Below are positions 37,456 through 48,839 of a DNA stretch of 64,000 nt, piece after piece. The notes beneath the pieces are model-generated. The model saw only the letters and a program-made list of their open reading frames with translations, was not told the origin of the DNA and searched no databases. The stretch is taken from the NCBI GenBank assembly GCA_977862235.1, contig OZ374559.1:248001-312000 (forward strand). Reading direction: 5' to 3'. The stretch is from Dudresnaya verticillata. Taxonomy: Eukaryota. The translations under genes and the position numbers were made by a program. Position 1 is the first letter of the stretch, and the number at the start of each line of letters is the position of its first letter.

Positions 37456-38750
37456 TTAGTTTTTCGCCTGCGGCGGTGGTTGTGGCGCTACATAGCGATT
37501 GATCATCGTCGGATGACGTTCTGCCGCGTGCAGCATGGGTCCGCCTCTTGGTGATTGTGGTCGTGCAGCACGGCGAGCAGCGTCGCGGGTCGCGCGTTCC
37601 TTGCAACGATATACGCATCAACGGGGACACCAGCCTTCTCGGCTTCGGTTAGTCCTGTGTAGTTGGTAATAACCTTCATGAAGTCGCTCATGCGAAGGAA
37701 GCAGTCCGGCGCGATGTGTCCGCGGGCGTAGCATTGGTGGCATACCAGCTGCCGACGCGCGCCTTGACGGGGCGGACCTCTGTCCTGCCATCCGGTCCTT
37801 GCTCGGTGAACGTGAGGGGCATACTCGGAATAGGGAACGCGTGGCGCTGGTGCGACCGAGCGCCCAAAGGCGAGAGAGGGGTCCATATCCCTTGCGTCTT
37901 CGTCATCGACGTAGCTGTCCGTCGGTAGAGCCGAAGTCGGCACCGACGCTTGCTCGTCTGCCAAGTATAGATCGCCATCGGCGTGTGTTTCATGTCATCG
38001 ACAGGGCGGCTAGCGTCTCGGAACTCGACGGAGGACTCCGCTATCATAGCGTGCGCTCCAGGCTTCGCGCCTCTCGTCTGTGGACGCAGTACACCTCGGG
38101 CATCGCCGATGGCGGGTCGCGACGTGCGTACGGCTTGAGACGGTGTCAGTATGTCTCGTAGTGCTGACGCGGAACCGGCCCTGCCGTGTCGTGCGCGGTT
38201 GGCATCCCCTTCGGTCTGTGCGAAGTGGACCAGCCGCTCAAATGACAACTCCGCCCTTGGCGTTTCTTCTCGGAAGCGAGCGACCAGGGACCTGATGGAT
38301 GGGTCTAACCCGTCGATGTACAGCGTCATCTTTTCCCAATCTGGATATACATTACCGCAACAAATACACGCACCGGCTAGCCGCATCCCATAGGTCGTCT
38401 CGTCCTCGCCTTGCTTCTGGACGGTCGACCGTAGGGCGAGGAAAGCGTCCCTGATCGCCGCTGGCGTAGCATACGTATGGAGGAGGTACTGTACCGCCTC
38501 CGGATACGAGGACACCCCGCCGCGATGGCGAGAAGACGTCGACTTGACGGAGCGGAATTTCGTGGCTGCCGCACCTCGCAAGAAGTACGGCAGTGCGACG
38601 AACGCTTGTGCTTCGCTCATCTCCAGCGTATCGGGTTCATCCTCGAAACGCGTTAGGAACTCCAGGACCATGACGAGGTCGCTGCCGTTGAAGGCGGCGT
38701 CCTTCATGGTCAGCTCCATGCGGCCCTGGACCTTACTCGTGTCGCGTCCT
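37456..38750 (-). pseudogene. gag: gag (family X), 5'-truncated, frameshifted
   Basis: FNGSDLVMVLEFLTRF, YPEAVQYLLHTYAT, CCHC knuckle CHQCYARGHIAPDC. Confidence 0.88.
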
Positions 38751-40066
38751 GGGGCGCGCACGCACGTTGCGCGCCGCGCTCCATGCGGGCACTGTACGGT
38801 GATGGGCCGACATGGCGCCCCGGGGCACTGTAACACGGATCCAGATGGGATCCGGATCCGGTATCCAGATTGGCTATCTGGATCCCCTGCGCTGTAAGGT
38901 ACGCGCCTGTAAGGCTGCGAGTGTTCGCATTGCTGGCCCGGATCGGGATGGGGGTCGGGATCGGACAAGTATCGGATTAGATCATGGGCGCACGCTCTAC
39001 AGTACACGCGCGCGCACAGATGTAAGGCGCACGTGTCCACGTGTGTGTAAGCTTCCACGCAGGGGGTTGCGCTGTAATACAGTGAAGGACTTACAGAAGT
39101 GGGCCCTCTGCCCGCGTGCATGCGCGGAAATAGCGTTACCTATAGGGCGCCAGCAGGGACAAGATGGGTAGCCTATGATTGCTCCAAGTGTCACCCTGCA
39201 GGTCAGTAGCTTAGTATCTGTCTATTTATTTTAGAAATTATAGCTTAGGATAGGGGGCGTGTATATAGCCCAGTATGAGGGGTGTTGCCTGACAGTGGGA
39301 GTACCATATAAGGGTATCTCCCGTAGCGGTCACTGAACAGTAAAGGCAAGCACCTTCCGGCCCCAACTACGTCTCCAAGCTATCGGCACCGCAGCACACT
39401 TGTCACCCATGCCCGGTTAACCGCCCGCCCAGTGAACTATCTTCAGTATCGTGCTTCCAATCAGATTACGTGCCCTCGTCTACCCTCTGGGTTCCTCCCG
39501 CTCTACCACCGCTACCAGGTACCCGCTCTGTCGCTTTCTCATTGAGTGCACTCTTTGAGTTCACAAGAGACCTAAAAGGCACTTCCTTACATGCGTGGCA
39601 ACCTGTCAGGCGCGCGGCTGCATATGGTGGGTGATCTTTCAGACGCGCCTCGGGAAGACACTTGTCCCGAGTTCCCGCGCTACGAATACGCACCGCCGCC
39701 GCCGCAACGCCGTACTATGCTTCGTTAATCCGTCCCAGACGTAGCAGTAAACGCCCGGGCAAGCCGGCCTTGGTCCAGACTTCCCAGTTCCGCACGCGCG
39801 TACCCTACCGCTGCCTACGGCCTAAGATTCTACCTCCCGTGCTTCCACGTCTATCACCGTCCTTGACGTGTTTCCCTTTTGTTTCCTTTTGTTCTCCCTT
39901 TCCGTCTCGGCCGGCTACAGTACGCCCAAGGCGTACGCCACGTGTCAACGTGTCAACTGCTCTACCAAAAGCCTCCTAAGCCGAGGCTACCCATCGCCAT
40001 GGGCGTCGCTACCCAACGAGCCCCGAACTGCTCGGCGGTGTTCTGTCTTCAGACGTTTGCACCACA
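38750..40066 (+). mobile_element. Family X LTR in opposite orientation to 27675-28537; left end deleted; interrupted by a family Y solo LTR
   Basis: Ends ...CAGACGTTTGCACCACA at 40066; 38750-39072 and 39592-40066 are inverted matches to 27675-28400. Confidence 0.85.
39073..39591 (+). mobile_element. Solo LTR (family Y)
   Basis: TGTAA...TTACA termini; flanks TGCGC/TGCGT; homologous to 23254-23771. Confidence 0.92.
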
Positions 40067-41289
40067 AACGTTAATCTTGAAGGCTCGTCTTGCTGTTCAA
40101 ATCCTGAACATATCCCCTGGATACGTCTGTGGCCACAAAGTCCTTGCAGAGCATCAGACACAACAGACAGTATCCACTAAGGTGAGAATGGCCAAGGACT
40201 GGATCATACCACCAAGGTCACGTTAGTTTGAGTCAGTGATTACAAGCGCATTTGGATTAGGCCTGGTTCAGAATACCCCACGGTCACTACAGAAGTCGTT
40301 AACCGTCATAGCCAAGGGTATACATTTTGTGGCAATAGAGATATCCTTCCAATGGAGGTTTTTCCTGTACTAATGACCAGTGTTGGTCATCGTCCTGCTC
40401 GGTTTAAAAAGACCCAGGTAGTAGAACATGCTTTACGCAGACCTGATCAGATTTTGAGTATCAATGCCGTACAAGAAGATGACAATCGGATACCCAAGAG
40501 GAGAAATCAAACGTTGAACCGAGTTGGCAATACACTGTCCATATAGGTACCGAAGACGCCGCGATCCGATCCCAAATTAGGGATATATTGCAAGAGTATT
40601 ATGAGATGTCGTTATGACAATTGGGTACCATTAAGGCAACTCAGCACAGAATTGACCTTATCGATAGGGCCAAACCATTTATCAACACCCCCCTATAGGA
40701 CCGGTGCGAAAGTAATAGAAGCCGACAAAACGGAAGTACAACGCATGTTACGCGAAGGCTTCATTGAACCCTGCCGGTCATAATGGGCCAACCCTGCGGT
40801 CCTTGTGCCAAATCCTGGTGGGTCCTGTAGACAGGGTGGCCGTACCTTATCGCTCATGGCAGCTGCCTTCGTTGCCCTAGAGAAAGATCTGGGGATGTGA
40901 AACAGGGGCCGGGGGTTGATTGAAATCGGCCGATTTGGTTCCCCGCCCAACACATTTTACAATATCTGATTGGCCGTAGGGTGATAATTTGACAATCTGG
41001 CAATTCCTGGATGCAACCAATGCAGTACTTGGATGAGTAGTTTGCAAATTCGGACCATACAGTACGCATATGCGCATGTACGATCTGCATACCACAGTCC
41101 GAATAGCACGAAACCGTACTGTGCTATGAAGCACAGTCAGGTCTATCGGTGTTGTATTGTAATGACGGTGGGCGCGGCAGAGGTAAGGCGGCAGATGCAG
41201 CAAAGATAAGGCGGAGGGTGCGGCAAAGTTAAGGTGGCGGATTTAGGTGAGGGTAATTGTGTCGGATATCACTCTCCATTCCCTCACCA

Positions 41290-41830
41290 AACTGCTGGAC
41301 AAACTTCACTCACTGTATCCGTCCAAAGCTATCTTCGCGACAGGGTTCTATAACCCTTGATGCGCTGCGAGCATCCCAATGCCTTGGCTTGCAACATGCT
41401 GTCGAGGATACTTAAGGCCCCGCGGCCCACCGGTGCGCCAGCCTGCTCACCGGATTGTGGAAAGCGCCACACATAAAATGTGTGCCCCAGTCTGCAAAGC
41501 CGATCATTTCACGTTCACACTTGCATTACTTCTGCGTTGCGCTGCGGACCGGATCCTGACTATTTGTCGCCACCTGGGCTTGTTCCTCATCCCCCGTTCG
41601 ACTGACTTAGGCTACTATCAAAACCTTTGTGCAGAGCTCCACTGCCTCTCCAAATCAAATTCCTCTCCACAAACTTTCACCACCGTTAGTCACGACATCA
41701 ACGCGATCCGCCACTTGGGCTACGACCATATAATTGTCCTTGCAGACAATCTCGACGCACTCTAATCCAGTCCTACAAAGTTTATCCTCACTTCACTTCG
41801 GGCAGAACCTAGAAATTTCAGTATGGACAG
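41290..41830 (+). mobile_element. Old LINE ORF2 C-terminal remnant
   Basis: AELHCLSKSNSSP...INAIRHL resembles TSLHCRSKNSSP...LHALHHV in the LINE at 48840-50085. Confidence 0.45.
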
Positions 41831-41980
41831 AGGGATCAATTCAGATTTACCTTTGCCCATTGCTTGTACTCAAATGCAGCTGGGCACTCAAGAACATGGC
41901 TGGCTACTCACGACCGCTAATCGGTTTTCAAAAACTAAATGTAACAGCTATGGTCTTAACTCAACTGAAAGACTTGCTTA

Positions 41981-43945
41981 TTACTTTCCGGACCTCTTCT
42001 TCTTCTTTCCAATAGAGATACCAGAAATCATGTCGTTGATCTTGATGCGGCCCGGCTCCTGCTCGCTGTTACAAGGTGTCGACCCTATGAGTTCAGAATA
42101 CGGCTTGCATATGTTATCATCATACTCGGGCTGTCCAGGTTCAGGTAGTGGTGGTTCGTACCCACTAACTGCAAGGTCACGAGCTCTTCCTAGCATGACG
42201 ATGAGCTCGTCCATGGTGTCGAACGTAACGTTCACATTCATCGGGTACGCCTTCACCGCATAAATAACAGCATCTGGATCCCCCATATCGTCATTGTAGT
42301 CTGTAGTACGGAACCCGGAAGTGTAATTCGTAAACGCGCCCCAGTTTCCATTGTCTTCTGATGCCGTTCGAAGTTGGTACCACATGATGTTCGCGATCTT
42401 CTCCTGTAGACTGTTATTGTGCTTGAGGTCCTCAATGTACTCCTCCTGAGATACCTCCTTTGCGTACTGGTCCTCAGCATTCACACCAGTCTCGTATACC
42501 CGGATTAATGTCACATACCCGTAGTTCTCTTCATTCACGCACACCATTGATTCCACATCTTTCAGTGCCAGACGGAAATATCGTTCCACTTCCAACACAC
42601 CTCCTATGATCGATTGGAAGCCTTTGAGACCGAGGTACTGCAGAGATGCCCACCCGGCCAGTACTCCGGAAGCAGAGCGGGAAACTTCTAGCATATACAA
42701 ACCGGGATTGTACGGGGTTCTTGCGTGCAGATAGGCTGAACCTGGGCGTGTTGCCCAAGACCTGTACTCATTGTAATCCTTCATAAGGAACATTGAGGAG
42801 CAATACGGAGCCCACCCGCTCTTGTGGAAGTCAACTCCCATCGCATCTGAATACTTTATAGTTTCCATAAGTCCGGCGTTTGTCTGCAGGTTGCTGAGGA
42901 CGCCGTCTTCTCCACTGCTGAAGTTAAGGGGGTTATTCTCAAAGTCATAGCGTGAGAATGTCAGGAACGACCACCCAATGACAGAGTCGCAGTACAGGAA
43001 CGGCTTTCCGTATGGAGCTTTGTTCGGGAACTCCTCAATAAGCTGGCGCACCCCGTACGCATCATCTATCGCAAGAGCATCTGTAGTACCCATGGTGCAA
43101 ACCACAGCAATTATTGGGATGTCCGCATTGTAAAATTCATGCATCTTCTCGCGTAGATGGGTCAGATCCATCGCATTGGTGTCGTCATCGGTGTTGATAT
43201 CAACAATATTGTCCATTCCAATTCCAAGCCAGTCCGTTGCGTTCATCTTTGCGTAATGACCTTGCTGCGAAACGAGAATCTTTCCATCTGTTCGAATACC
43301 CGTGCAACGACTCTGTTCACCGAACACTTGAGTCAAGGCATACTTCATGGCGTAGAGATAACATCCTGAGCCCCCATAAGTATAGAAACCTGCAGCCTCT
43401 TCGGTATTCCATCCAATTAGATCTGCAATCATAGCCGCAGACTCCATCTCGGCTTTTTCAACATTCCAAGCATACTCGCCTTCAATAACGTTTGCTTGAC
43501 CCACTGCAGCCATAGTGTATGCAATGATGCTTGCTTTATTTGGCGCTGGGAGTACATTTGGCATGAAGAAGGGGTGATTAACGTTGGAAACACCGTTAAA
43601 GAGCTCCACAGTCTCATTAACGACCTGCTGAAGAGGCTTTGAATCTTCCTGCATGACGGCTTGATTAACCTCTCCATAGTCCGGAAGAATACCGTCCTCA
43701 TGACCAAGGTTTGGAGGGCCACCCTCTACGCTTTTGAGAAGGTTAAGTTGCGCAATGGCAGACCCCACTTCTTGAGCGAATATATCTGGTGTTTGGCGAT
43801 AATACGGCGGGAAGGCAGCGGAAGTAAGAGAGGCTCGAGTCTTGACCCAGGATGGGGCATCATGTGCAGCACGCCCTTTTGCGCGCCAGAATTTGTGCGG
43901 CTTAGGTTTCTTGTCCTGCGGCTCCTTCGGCTTCTGGTCAGCCAT
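41981..43945 (-). CDS. Group II pyridoxal-phosphate-dependent amino acid decarboxylase (GAD/DDC/DABA-decarboxylase fold), 654 aa, intronless
   Basis: AAGFYTYGGSG, SQQGHYA (PLP-stacking His), VVCTMGTTD..AIDD, LYCDSVIG (PLP-binding Asp), DAMGVDFHKSGWAPY (Schiff-base Lys), LEVSRS; ORF intact from ATG 43945. Confidence 0.92.
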   Translation of the reverse strand: MADQKPKEPQDKKPKPHKFWRAKGRAAHDAPSWVKTRASLTSAAFPPYYRQTPDIFAQEVGSAIAQLNLLKSVEGGPPNLGHEDGILPDYGEVNQAVMQEDSKPLQQVVNETVELFNGVSNVNHPFFMPNVLPAPNKASIIAYTMAAVGQANVIEGEYAWNVEKAEMESAAMIADLIGWNTEEAAGFYTYGGSGCYLYAMKYALTQVFGEQSRCTGIRTDGKILVSQQGHYAKMNATDWLGIGMDNIVDINTDDDTNAMDLTHLREKMHEFYNADIPIIAVVCTMGTTDALAIDDAYGVRQLIEEFPNKAPYGKPFLYCDSVIGWSFLTFSRYDFENNPLNFSSGEDGVLSNLQTNAGLMETIKYSDAMGVDFHKSGWAPYCSSMFLMKDYNEYRSWATRPGSAYLHARTPYNPGLYMLEVSRSASGVLAGWASLQYLGLKGFQSIIGGVLEVERYFRLALKDVESMVCVNEENYGYVTLIRVYETGVNAEDQYAKEVSQEEYIEDLKHNNSLQEKIANIMWYQLRTASEDNGNWGAFTNYTSGFRTTDYNDDMGDPDAVIYAVKAYPMNVNVTFDTMDELIVMLGRARDLAVSGYEPPLPEPGQPEYDDNICKPYSELIGSTPCNSEQEPGRIKINDMISGISIGKKKKRSGK

Positions 43946-44066
43946 GTTGCGAAGCTTCAATCTGGTACAGTGAGTTCAGGCTAGAAATGGTGGTACGTTC
44001 TGCAGCTCAACTCTATGCTTCTTTCAATGAAGAAGAGCGATGACCCTACGGCTTTGTTCCAGGGCC

Positions 44067-44072
44067 TTTATA
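44067..44072 (-). promoter_or_regulatory. Candidate TATA box of the decarboxylase gene
   Basis: TATAAA on the minus strand ~120 bp upstream of the ATG; motif only. Confidence 0.35.
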
Positions 44073-47000
44073 CAAACTAGAAGTTCGTCTTTGCCAGTCT
44101 CAATCACAGAAGACTATCTATTTTGACTTATCAGAGGCATTGAATGTGCATGGCTATAGACATACTTTCTTTAAACGAGAGGCAAGCCAGAGGATACAGC
44201 TTGTTTCACAAAATTGGAACCAGGACCCGGGGCTGTGAATATACGTTCAAAGCAATTGATTTAGGATATGTTTGTCAGATGGATGTGCGCCGCCAATGTC
44301 AAGGTAGAGTGGAGTTTTGCCAAGATTTACACTCTCCTCGCCAGCCTTTCTGGAATGATACGGATGACTGGCTAGATTCGCCTCCAAGAGATATCAAAAG
44401 ATGAGATATCATTTTTTTGTGAACACTTTCACACACTTTGTCTCGTCACCACAATGCGTGAGCAGCTCTGCTCGCAGAGTTGTTGCAATCGATAAAACTT
44501 GACAAAGAGTGAGCACGGCTTATTAAAAATCTGGATGTACTCATAAGGTTTCCGTTCGTTCCCCAAGGACTCTCCCAAAAGTAATAGCATGGTAGGTGGC
44601 ATCCCACACCTCTCTTTGATACAAAATGCTTCATAGCAGGTTCTGTTGATATTAATTTCGTGAGAGGCTTCTTGAGATGCTTTGTTTGGCAATTATGTAA
44701 ATGGATGCTTGCTTGTTGTGGCAAAGACGTTATAGAAATATTAGTCCTGCAGAATATGTGTTGATAGTGGTGTCAAACTTTTGTTCACTTGATTTAGATT
44801 GTTGATAGTGCAGAAACAAGCGTATCATCCACATCGTTTTGAAACGCAGTTGAGATATTTTCCGTTCTGACTTCATAGTATCGAATCTGCGATACTGTAC
44901 TGTGCAATGGAGGCCGATCTCCACCTGAAATATAGATTAGGAGTGGTTACCTTTCTCAGGTAATCATGAGGGGAAGAGATAAATTATGGTGAGAGGTATT
45001 AATCATCAGGTAGCAACCAAGCGCAGCCCGTTGAATGGAGAGGGAGTATCTCAGTGACGGCCGTTTGTATTCAAGGCACTCGTATCGAGTACGTGAGGCC
45101 GCATTTCATCAATAATGCGGTATAGCCTCAAGCTGGAGCGGAGCAGCGATGAATAGATAACAATGCAATGCGCTCATCCAGGGTTCCATCCTGGGGCCTT
45201 GATGCTATAAATGCCTCAACCGAGAGAGTTCAGATCGGCTTTCATAAACGATGATAGAAACACAAGCAAAACCATCCCTTTTAGGGCTTCCTTCTTTCGG
45301 CGACAAGGCGGTGGAAGAACAGGCACGGAATCATGAGGAAGACTCGTGGTGTACTAACGTAAACAAGGGGTAATCAAGGAAGCCCGTCCATACGAAAATC
45401 ACAGAATGAGCTCAGAGAGCGAAGAGAGAAAAATACTGTATGACGAACAGGCAACAACGTTGTGAGTTATTGCTCGCACAAATGCAAGAAGCAATATGTT
45501 GCACCAATGATCTCCCCTTCGGCAATCTATAATGAAATATAGCCGCCGTCGCACCCCAATCAAATCTGCAATACATGCCTACGCATGCAATAAGTTTGTC
45601 CAATCGGATATTGTTTTATGCGCCTATGGAACGATATACGTGATTATGACAGCTTCAATTGGCAATCTCTTGGTGTAAAATGTGCTGTTGAAGCCTGCCA
45701 GAAACAAGGGCAGAACGAGCAGCTTGTATGGCCTAAGGAATAAGATGCGCGTGCTAACCAAACCCGTTCATTTTGAGGAAGATAAACTCAGACCTCTATT
45801 TTAATCTAAGGAGCAACCCTGGGAAAGGGTATAAATAGCAGAAGGGGATAGATTGCAGAGTTCACGCAAACTGCAACACATTGAAGAACAAGCGTAGTAA
45901 GGGACGTTATGGAGCAAGCTTCTCAGCAAGGGGGAGGTCGCTTTCTTGACAGCAATGTAATCAGCGATACCTTGAATACAGGTGGGACACCAATACGGCT
46001 GGATACATCAATAACCATAGCATGCAAATCCATGACTAGACTTCCACGCACACACCGATAATGTGACAGCTTGACCCGTTCACGATGGGCTATTGCTTCA
46101 CTTGACCCGACACTCTACTAGTGCTTCGTTGAAGAGAATGAGGAATATTACAGCTTCAGGGATCCAATCCACCACTACATATCTCGCTCTCGGACAAAAG
46201 CTTCGAATATTACTACTCAACCCAATAGTTGTTGCAATATATGATGTCACTACAACAAGAATTGCAAGTTGCATTCAGCAACTCAATGTGCTATTGCTAT
46301 TGCAATTGATTGACCGACAGTCCTGATGACGAGCAGGCACTCGCTCCGGCGAGCTTGTCTCGAGACACTTTAAAGAATATCGGCGATGAAAGCTGGCGCA
46401 ATTGCGAAACTGCATCCTTTGGACATAGAGAGACACAGTACTACACAGTTTGCGGCCCGTGCGAAGGAATATTACTGTACGTTAGATGAGGTGTCGGCAT
46501 AAGTGTAAGCAAGGGGCGGGAGGTTGTTTTTGTTTGAATCTTCTTGGCATATCCAAGAAGATTCCCACGGTTCGGTGATGCTTAGCCAAACTTGCTCTTT
46601 ATTTCGCGTAATGCGCGACGAAGAGAAAGCTTGGCAGAGCGAGCGAGATCCTGTATAATACAGTGTATGTCCGTACATCGCAGGGCGCAAGCTGAAACTT
46701 TGTGTGGTGAGCACCGGAAATTGTGCCAAACCGCCAGTTTTTGCCAGCCGCATGGGATTGTGCACTGTCCATTGAAACAAAAGCTATTGTATGCACAAAT
46801 ATTTGTTTCTTACAAGACTCCTCGTCCTGTATAGAGTCGATAGCAGAACTCCAAAAGACATACATACTGTACGTATCTTCTGTCTATTCCGTCCAGCACT
46901 GGAAATAAAAGTGCTGCTCGCACAAACGAACACGCGAGGCATTGTTTCGTATCTTCTGTGCTTAAGAAGGGCAGCAGATATGATGCCCATTGGACAGCCC

Positions 47001-48480
47001 TTCACGCTCAAGATTGGGTTTCGCAACAACACTCGTTCAGCCGCCTGGCGCATGGCAATTGCAACTCGAGATTTCTAGAGCTACAGACCGAAGGCGAACA
47101 GAAATATTCACAGCAACAATAACAAGATTGAAGTTGTACGTTGTGATCCTTATAGAAGAACGGTGCTATCGTGTTACTGTCGTCCATAGATAGAAAGGCC
47201 TATGACCACGACAACCGTCTGGGAAGGCCGTTGAGCAAATCTCCTTGAGGAGAAGGTTCTGTGATGGATCATAAGGTTTTGTACACACACACGTATCGCA
47301 TTGACGTTGCGATTTTGGATGTGATATTAAACTTTGTAGGACGGTTTTGAGTGCACCGGCATCGGCAACAAAAGGCCTGATTTTGGATGTGGCTTCTGGA
47401 AGTTTCATTTTTGCTGCTCCATCTGCTACCAGAACGCCGTGTAAAGAGCCCAGGTCCCACCAAGGCTTTGTTTACCTCACTTAATATTTGGAACGTCCTG
47501 CCCTGCAGCAGGAAGGTTGTTTCAGAAAGATGCAGGGTGCCCGAGCTTGTGGTAGGCAACCACTGGAACCACGGGCGCCCACCCGACTGTAGCTCATCCG
47601 GTTTTCTCGGGGACAGTAGCTCGTCCTCTGAGGGTTTCATACTGTAGAACATTATAAAGGTTACGGAACTTTAGGATTATCCGGTTGGACTTCGCTCCTT
47701 GCATTCCTCCTCCCGTAATCGTTCTTCGCCCGCACGTTCATGTCCTGCAGGACCGGCGGGGTGGCGATATCTCATCTTCTGCACACGTTGTATTCGACAT
47801 GCGCTGCGGACCATATCTCCCCTATGGCAGCACCAGTGGCATGCAGGCCAGGCCAGAGCAACGAGGAAGCGTTCTGACATCGCGATCTTTCGCAGCCAGA
47901 CCTTCCGATCTGCCGCGCTAGGTGACAATTTCTCAGTGCATGCAAATATTCCCCACGGGCCGTGCTCTGCTTCAAAGAGTTCTTGCAGCCTTGCACCATC
48001 GCAGCTGCGCAACTCAGGACAAGCGGAAATACAGAGACAGCCTACTTCGCTTTCCTGCAATCGCTCGACCTGGCGTAGGCACAGCCATTCTGACGCGAGG
48101 CACCACTCCGTGAGCAGCGCCAACTGGCACGTCAGAGTATGCTCCGTAATGTTACCTCTCTTGCTGGTTCGAAGATTGAACTCAGTGGTTGGTGATAGCC
48201 AGTGCTGCTCTGGTGCACTTCTCCTGCTCTGCACCGTGTACAGACCCTTCGAAAGGTAAGATACGGTCATCTCGGAACTCTCCTCGTCATTTCCCGGGTG
48301 GGATAAGCAGTACCCCTTTCTGTATTTCTTTGAGCTGCACCAGGCACACACGGAAAAATTCCTCGACATTTCAGGCATGCTGTGATGGTAAACATTTACT
48401 AATTGTTTAGGGGGGGTAAACGTCACTTTACGAAAGCATAAAGCTAGAGCATCCCTACTGGATACTCTTAAGCACTACAT

Positions 48481-48792
48481 ATGAGGCAAATCTGCAGGAG
48501 TCAAGCGGCGACGATTGACGCTGACGGCGACAAACTGCGTAACAAAGGAGACAAGACGATTCAAGAGAGCATGTTTCTCAGCAAGCGGGCAAGTGCCTTT
48601 CTTTTCGGCAAGAAAGTTGGCGAAGACTTGAGCGCCGATATCGAAGCCAGTACCGGTGCGTCCATATATATCAATGACCATCGGGTGCAGCTCGATGTCA
48701 TATTGATCACAAACAGCACGGTAATGGTTACGTTTCGCTCTCTCGCGGGCAAGGATGGCGACCGATTAGGGTGGTCCCGCACGGGCAACTAA
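48481..48792 (+). pseudogene. Short ORF with weak KH-domain-like pattern
   Basis: ASAFLFGKKVGEDLSADIEASTGASIYI resembles the KH pattern (h-h-G-x-x-G...I..xTGAxIxI), but the GxxG loop is imperfect. Confidence 0.25.
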
Positions 48793-48839
48793 GACCCATT
48801 AGCAGGCGCACCAGCACAAAGTGCCAGAGAAGCAAAGAG

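Larger units (their letters stand above)
27675..38750 (-). mobile_element. Chromodomain-bearing Ty3/Gypsy retrotransposon (family X), 5'-truncated, with an extra antisense ORF
   Basis: gag-PR-RT-RH-IN-chromodomain on the minus strand; purine-rich PPT-like tract at ~28538-28550; 3' LTR at 27675-28537. Confidence 0.93.
23254..40830 (+). mobile_element. Decayed Ty3/Gypsy element (family Y), split by nested insertions
   Basis: In order: 5' LTR 23254-23771; PBS-like TCTGGTCTCCCGAC; gag remnants; gag end/pol start 26703-27005; protease remnant GSGAKPNLV split at 27005/27576; pol resumes at 40067 (TKVRMAKDWIIPP; PPYRTGAK...EVQRMLREGFIEP..WANPAVLVP). Confidence 0.75.

Noticed and set aside
37688..39121. 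477-aa ORF as a full gag
   Set aside because: Its first ~120 codons are read-through of inverted LTR sequence; gag homology begins only at ~38750.
27675..40066. DIRS-like element because of inverted terminal repeats
   Set aside because: Encodes a DDE integrase, protease and chromodomain, with no tyrosine recombinase; the same LTR family occurs as ordinary solo LTRs with 5-bp TSDs.
44100..47650. Genes in the AT-richer stretch upstream of the decarboxylase
   Set aside because: Only short ORFs with no motif I could recognise; may be old decayed sequence.
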